From Acidimicrobiales bacterium (GTDB lineage: Bacteria; Actinomycetota; Acidimicrobiia; Acidimicrobiales; VFJN01): a stretch of DNA of 46,977 nt. The DNA is taken from positions 1-46,977 of the forward strand of contig DASTFE010000225.1 in assembly GCA_035708905.1 (NCBI GenBank), given 5' to 3'. The stretch's first letter is position 1. Each line of letters starts with the position of its first letter. Below are positions 42,962 through 46,977 of the stretch, piece after piece. The notes beneath the pieces were generated by a model. That model ran no database searches and was not told the DNA's origin. It worked only from the letters and a program-made list of their open reading frames with translations. A program made the translations under genes and the position numbers.

Positions 42962-43789
42962 ATGACGGACGAGCGCTCGCTGGCCGACCAGGTGACCACC
43001 CGTGAGGACGGCGGCGTCCTCTGGATCACCCTCGACCGCCCCGAGGCCGCCAACGCCATCACCCCCGGCCAGCGCGATCGCCTCGTCGACCTGCTCGAGG
43101 AGGCCAGCGCCCGGGTCGCGGTGCGGGCGGTCGTGCTCACCGCCACCGGCCGGCACTTCTGCACCGGCGCCGACCTCCGCCACTCGTCGCCGCCCCCGGC
43201 CCGGCCCGACGGCGCGCCGGAGCGGGTGGCGGGCGACGTGGCCCGCATGCTCCAGACGGGCGCGCAGCGCCTCGTCGCGGCCGTGGTCGACTGCGAGAAG
43301 CCGGTGATCGCCGCGGTCAACGGCACGGCCGCCGGCATCGGCGCCCACCTCGCGCTCGCCTGCGACCTGGTGATCGCCGCCGACTCCGCACGGTTCATCG
43401 AGGTGTTCGCCCGCCGGGGGCTGGTGCCCGACGGGGGCGGCTGCTGGTTGCTCCCCCGGCTCGTCGGCCTGCAGCGCGCCAAGGAGCTCGTCTTCTTCGG
43501 CGACGACCTGCCGGCGGCCGAGGCCGAGCGCCTCGGCCTGGTCAACCGGGTGGTCCCCGCCGACGAGGTGGCAGAGGTGGCCGGGACGTGGGCCGCCCGC
43601 CTGGCCGCCGGACCGACCCGGGCCATCGGGCTGACCAAGGGCCTGCTCAACCGGTCGCTCGACAGCGACCGGGCCACCGCCTTCCGCGAGGAGGCGCTGG
43701 CCCAGGAGATCAACATGACGACCCAGGACGCCAACGAGGGCGTGGCCGCCTTCGTCGAGCGGCGCGATCCCGTCTACCGGGGCTGGTAG
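42962..43789 (+). CDS. Enoyl-CoA hydratase/isomerase (crotonase) family
   Basis: 275 aa. ITLDRPEAANA, VVLTATGRHFCTGADL, AAVNGTAAGIGAHLALACD, and the C-terminal EGVAAFVERRDP. Confidence 0.9.
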   Translation: MTDERSLADQVTTREDGGVLWITLDRPEAANAITPGQRDRLVDLLEEASARVAVRAVVLTATGRHFCTGADLRHSSPPPARPDGAPERVAGDVARMLQTGAQRLVAAVVDCEKPVIAAVNGTAAGIGAHLALACDLVIAADSARFIEVFARRGLVPDGGGCWLLPRLVGLQRAKELVFFGDDLPAAEAERLGLVNRVVPADEVAEVAGTWAARLAAGPTRAIGLTKGLLNRSLDSDRATAFREEALAQEINMTTQDANEGVAAFVERRDPVYRGW

Positions 43790-43797
43790 CGGGCGAC

Positions 43798-45378
43798 ATG
43801 CCTGCCACCGGTTACCGGTGGGTAGGGTGGCACATCGTGGTACGCAGGGGAACGAGGGCACTCGCCGCCGGAGGCCTGGCGATCGCCGCCGGGGTCGCCG
43901 TGGCCGCCGTGGCCGCCCGATCCGCCGCCCGCCGGGGCCGCGGTACGAGCGCCGACGCGGGCTGCGACCCGGGCCGGGACCCCGGTCGGCGGAACGGGCG
44001 CGACGGCGAGCCGGTGCGGGGTCGCACCCGCAACCAGCGGCGCGCCGAGCTGGCCCGGCTCGGCGGCCGGGCGGGCGCCGGGTTCGCCGTGCACCGGGCC
44101 CGGCGGGTCTTCGCCTCGGCCGAGCGCCAGGCCGAGCTCGACCAGCGGTTCGAGCTGCGCACCGCCGAGCAGGTCGCCGAGGCCCTCGGCGGCATGAAGG
44201 GCGCGTTCATGAAGCTCGGCCAGATGGCCTCGTACCTCGACGTCGGGCTGCCCGAGCACGCCCGCGAGGCGTTGGCTGGCCTGCAGCAGGACGCCCCGCC
44301 CATGTCGGCCGACCTGGCGGCCGAGGTGGTCGAGCGCGAGCTCGGCGCACCTCCCGACCGGCTGTTCGCCGAGTGGGACCCGGTGCCGCTCGCCTCGGCG
44401 TCGATCGGCCAGGTGCACCGCGCCATCACGCGCGACGACCGGGCGGTGGCGGTCAAGGTGCAGTACCCGGGGGTCGACGAGGCGATCGCCGCCGACCTCG
44501 ACGCCGCCGGCATGGTGTTCGGCGCCATGGGCCTGGCCTTCTCGGGGTTCGAGCCCGGGCCGCTGGTCGACGAGATCCGGGCCCGGGTGATCGAGGAGCT
44601 CGACTACGCCAACGAGGCCCGCAACCAGCAGCTCTTCGCCGAGTTCTACCGCGGCCACCCCTTCATCCACGTGCCCGACGTGGTCGCCGAGCTGTCGACG
44701 CAGCGCGTGCTCACCACCGACCTGGCGGAAGGCGTGCGCTTCGAGACGATGGCCACCTGGGACCAGGACGAGCGCGACCTGGCCGCAGAGTCGATCTACC
44801 GGTTCGTGTTCCGCAGCCTGTACCGCCTCAACGCCTTCAACGGCGACCCGCACCCCGGCAACTACCTGTTCCGGCCCGGCGGGCAGGTGACGTTCCTCGA
44901 CTTCGGCCTGGTGAAGCACTTCAGCCAGCCCGAGCTCGAGACGTTCGGCGACATGATCCGCGCCCTCGTGATGGAGGGCGACACGGCCCGCTACCGCAGC
45001 ATCATCGAAGGCATCGGCCTGCTGCGCCCCGGCGCGCCGGTGTCGGACGACCAGGTGCACGACTACTTCAGCCACTTCTACGAGTTCGTGCTGCGCGACG
45101 AGGTGGTCACGATCACGCCCCAGTGGTCGACCGACGCGGTGGCCCGGTACTTCGACCCCACGGGCCCCTACGGGCCGATCATCCGGTCGGCCAACCTGCC
45201 GCCCAGCTTCGTGATCATCCAGCGCATCAACCTCGGCCTCATGGCCATCCTCGGCGACCTGGCCGCGACCGCCAACTACCGGCGCATCGCCAACGAGCTG
45301 TGGCCATGGGTCGACGGCCCGCCGTCGACCGAGCTGGGAAAGGCCGAGGCCGACTGGCTGGCCGCCCGCACGGGCTGA
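43798..45378 (+). CDS. ABC1/UbiB-family atypical protein kinase with N-terminal TM segment
   Basis: GAFMKLGQMAS, PLASASIGQVHRA, VAVKVQYPG, FNGDPHPGNYLF, FLDFGLV. The N-terminal hydrophobic stretch is ALAAGGLAIAAGVAVAAVAA. The start (ATG 43798) is tentative. Confidence 0.88.
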   Translation: MPATGYRWVGWHIVVRRGTRALAAGGLAIAAGVAVAAVAARSAARRGRGTSADAGCDPGRDPGRRNGRDGEPVRGRTRNQRRAELARLGGRAGAGFAVHRARRVFASAERQAELDQRFELRTAEQVAEALGGMKGAFMKLGQMASYLDVGLPEHAREALAGLQQDAPPMSADLAAEVVERELGAPPDRLFAEWDPVPLASASIGQVHRAITRDDRAVAVKVQYPGVDEAIAADLDAAGMVFGAMGLAFSGFEPGPLVDEIRARVIEELDYANEARNQQLFAEFYRGHPFIHVPDVVAELSTQRVLTTDLAEGVRFETMATWDQDERDLAAESIYRFVFRSLYRLNAFNGDPHPGNYLFRPGGQVTFLDFGLVKHFSQPELETFGDMIRALVMEGDTARYRSIIEGIGLLRPGAPVSDDQVHDYFSHFYEFVLRDEVVTITPQWSTDAVARYFDPTGPYGPIIRSANLPPSFVIIQRINLGLMAILGDLAATANYRRIANELWPWVDGPPSTELGKAEADWLAARTG

Positions 45379-45445
45379 CGCCCGGCCCCAGGGTCGGCGC
45401 CGCCGCTTCCGGGGTCCCCCCGGTGCGGCACCCGGCATCCCTACG

Positions 45446-46366
45446 ATGCTGCCGATGCCCTCCACTGCCGCCCGCACGCTCGCGGACGTGCTCGACCGGT
45501 GGTCCGCCGGCGCCGGGGCCGAGGGCGACGCCGATGGCCCCGACCACCCGGACGAGTGCGGCTGGCTGGCCGACATGGGCGCCGCGCTGGACCGCGCCGC
45601 CCGGGACGCCACCCGGCTCGGCCGCTGGACGCCGGGCGACCCGCTCCGCCTGACGAAGGCGACGGTGACCTGGCTGCTGCGGTGCCCGCGCCGGGCGCTG
45701 GCCGCCGCGGGCGCGGTGGCCACCGACGACCTCGTCGCCGGCCTGGCGGTCGACGCCGCGGCCAAGCTGGCCACCCTCGTGCCCCACCGCCCGCCGACCG
45801 TCGCCGAGGCGCTGGCCTACCTGGCCGCCACCGACGACGGCACGGCCGCCGACCACCTGGCCGACCGCGGCCCGGCGGCCCGGCCCCTGCTCGACGACAT
45901 CGCGGCGCGGATCGAGCGGCTGGCCGTCGCCTGGCCGAAGGTCGACCCCGCCTGGTGGCCCCGTGTCGAGGAGCCCGTGCGGGCGCCGCTCGCCGGAGGC
46001 GCGGTCACGCTGGGCGGTCGCCTCGACCTGCTGCTGGGCGGCCCGCCCACGGCGCGCCCGCCGGTGGTGGTCGAGGTCAAGGGCGGCCGCTGGCACGACG
46101 GCATGCGGGCCGACGGCCACCTCTCCGCCCTGACCGTCGCCCGGCGCGAGCAGTGCCCGCCCGCCGCGGTCGTCACGGTGGTGGCCGACGGCACCACCCA
46201 GGTCGAGCCGGTGCGGCCCGCCGTGCTGGCCTCGGCCGCCGACCGGGTCGTCCACGCCCTCGGCGTCGCTGCGGCCATCGCCGGCGGCGAGCCGCCGGCG
46301 GCGCACGCCGGGCCGCACTGTGCCCACTGCCCCCTGCAGGCCGGCTGCCCGGCGGGCCGGCCGTGA
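45446..46366 (+). CDS. PD-(D/E)XK (RecB/Cas4-like) nuclease-family protein
   Basis: 306 aa. GGRLDLLLG...VVEVKGG gives the D...E-x-K core. Cys in LLRCP plus the terminal CAHCPLQAGC gives a 4-Cys arrangement like Cas4/AddB iron-sulfur nucleases. Confidence 0.7.
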   Translation: MLPMPSTAARTLADVLDRWSAGAGAEGDADGPDHPDECGWLADMGAALDRAARDATRLGRWTPGDPLRLTKATVTWLLRCPRRALAAAGAVATDDLVAGLAVDAAAKLATLVPHRPPTVAEALAYLAATDDGTAADHLADRGPAARPLLDDIAARIERLAVAWPKVDPAWWPRVEEPVRAPLAGGAVTLGGRLDLLLGGPPTARPPVVVEVKGGRWHDGMRADGHLSALTVARREQCPPAAVVTVVADGTTQVEPVRPAVLASAADRVVHALGVAAAIAGGEPPAAHAGPHCAHCPLQAGCPAGRP

Positions 46367-46977
46367 GGGACGCCGTCGGTGCCGCCGACCGGCTGCAGGC
46401 GACCGTGGCCACCGCGGTCGACGAGGCGCTGGCCGAGGCGGCCGTGCCACCGGGATCGGTCCACGTCACCTGGGTGGCCGCGCTCGACGTCGCTGCCTGC
46501 CCGGCCCGCTACCGCGGCCAGGGCGAGGCCGGCTGGGGATTCCCCGGGTGGAGCCCCGCCACCGCCGCCGGCGCCATCGGGCGCGCCGCCCTCGACCTGC
46601 ACCTCGCCGAGGTCGGCCCCGGCCCCGACCACCTGCCGTCGCCCGTCGAGGCGGTGCGGCGGTGGATCCGGACGGCCGGCGCGGCCGGGGCACCGGGGGT
46701 CGCAGGGTGGGTCGGCGACCTGCGCGCCGAGGGCGACGGCGCCACCCTGGCAGCCGCGGCCGGCGCCGCCGGCCGGTGGCTGGCCGGCTTCGTCCGCGTG
46801 CTGGGCTGGCCGCTGCCGGTTGGCTCGGCGCTGTTGAACGTGGCCCGCGACGGCGCGCCCGCACCCAGGTGGTGGCCCCGCCGGGGCTCGCCGGTCAGCG
46901 TGGGCAGCGGCGCCGACGCCCGCATCGGCCGCATCACCGGCGCGGGCGGGCACACGCTCGTCGTCCACCGCCCCGCC
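46363..46977 (+). CDS. Hypothetical protein, N-terminal fragment (runs off the window); possibly a second nuclease-like partner
   Basis: GTG 46363 overlaps the upstream stop (GTGA). Frame 1 stays open to the window end with near-saturated GC3 (VRDAVGAADRLQATVATAVDEALAEAAVPPGSVHVTWVAALDVAACPARY...). Not in the ORF track because no stop is reached. Confidence 0.5.
   Translation, partial: MRDAVGAADRLQATVATAVDEALAEAAVPPGSVHVTWVAALDVAACPARYRGQGEAGWGFPGWSPATAAGAIGRAALDLHLAEVGPGPDHLPSPVEAVRRWIRTAGAAGAPGVAGWVGDLRAEGDGATLAAAAGAAGRWLAGFVRVLGWPLPVGSALLNVARDGAPAPRWWPRRGSPVSVGSGADARIGRITGAGGHTLVVHRPA

Noticed and set aside
1-46977. rRNA, tRNA, tmRNA, riboswitch, IS element or prophage signatures
   Set aside because: I saw no tRNA-like T-arm (GGTTCGAATCC-type) outside coding frames, no integrase or transposase-like translation and no long terminal or direct repeats. 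Intergenic regions are short (mostly <200 nt). This was a by-eye scan only. tRNAscan-SE, Infernal or ISEScan would be needed for a definitive negative.

Overview
High-GC (by eye >70% G+C, third codon positions almost all G/C) actinobacterial chromosomal window. It is densely packed with about 47 protein-coding genes. I recognised no rRNA, tRNA, CRISPR array, transposase or integrase. The window opens in the 3' end of an Rpf (resuscitation-promoting factor) gene. Most of the rest is an acyl-CoA / lipid catabolic island that looks like branched-chain or steroid-side-chain degradation. It holds 2 acyl-CoA synthetases, 4 luciferase-like (LLM) oxidoreductases, a Zn-ADH, an ALDH, 2 SDRs, 2 paralogous amidohydrolases and 2 crotonases. 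It also holds an SCP2-type thiolase, an HMG-CoA-synthase-like/DUF35 fusion, 2 family-III CoA-transferases (one racemase-like), 2 acyl-CoA dehydrogenases, a fused double-hotdog hydratase and a PaaI thioesterase. Interspersed are unexpected passengers: GT1 and GT39 glycosyltransferases, an MFS pump, a stand-alone LigD-type primase-polymerase, Tag glycosylase, a tandem cupredoxin-like lipoprotein, an ACT-GNAT acetyltransferase, an ABC1 kinase and two PD-(D/E)XK nuclease-like genes at the right edge. The most interesting signal is non-coding. (i) A 19-bp palindrome, ATCTGAC-N5-GTCAGAT, recurs at seven promoter-proximal sites spread over 40 kb, including in front of the only TetR gene in the window. 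Three of these sites have an identical operator-N7-TANNNT-N6-ATG leaderless layout. I do not recognise this motif as a published operator. (ii) Two identical 17-nt KstR-type boxes (TAGAACGTGTTCTA core) overlap the -10 elements of two further leaderless units. Together these suggest two interleaved repressor regulons controlling one catabolic island. All calls come from by-eye translation and motif reading. No database search was possible, and gene starts are less certain than stops.
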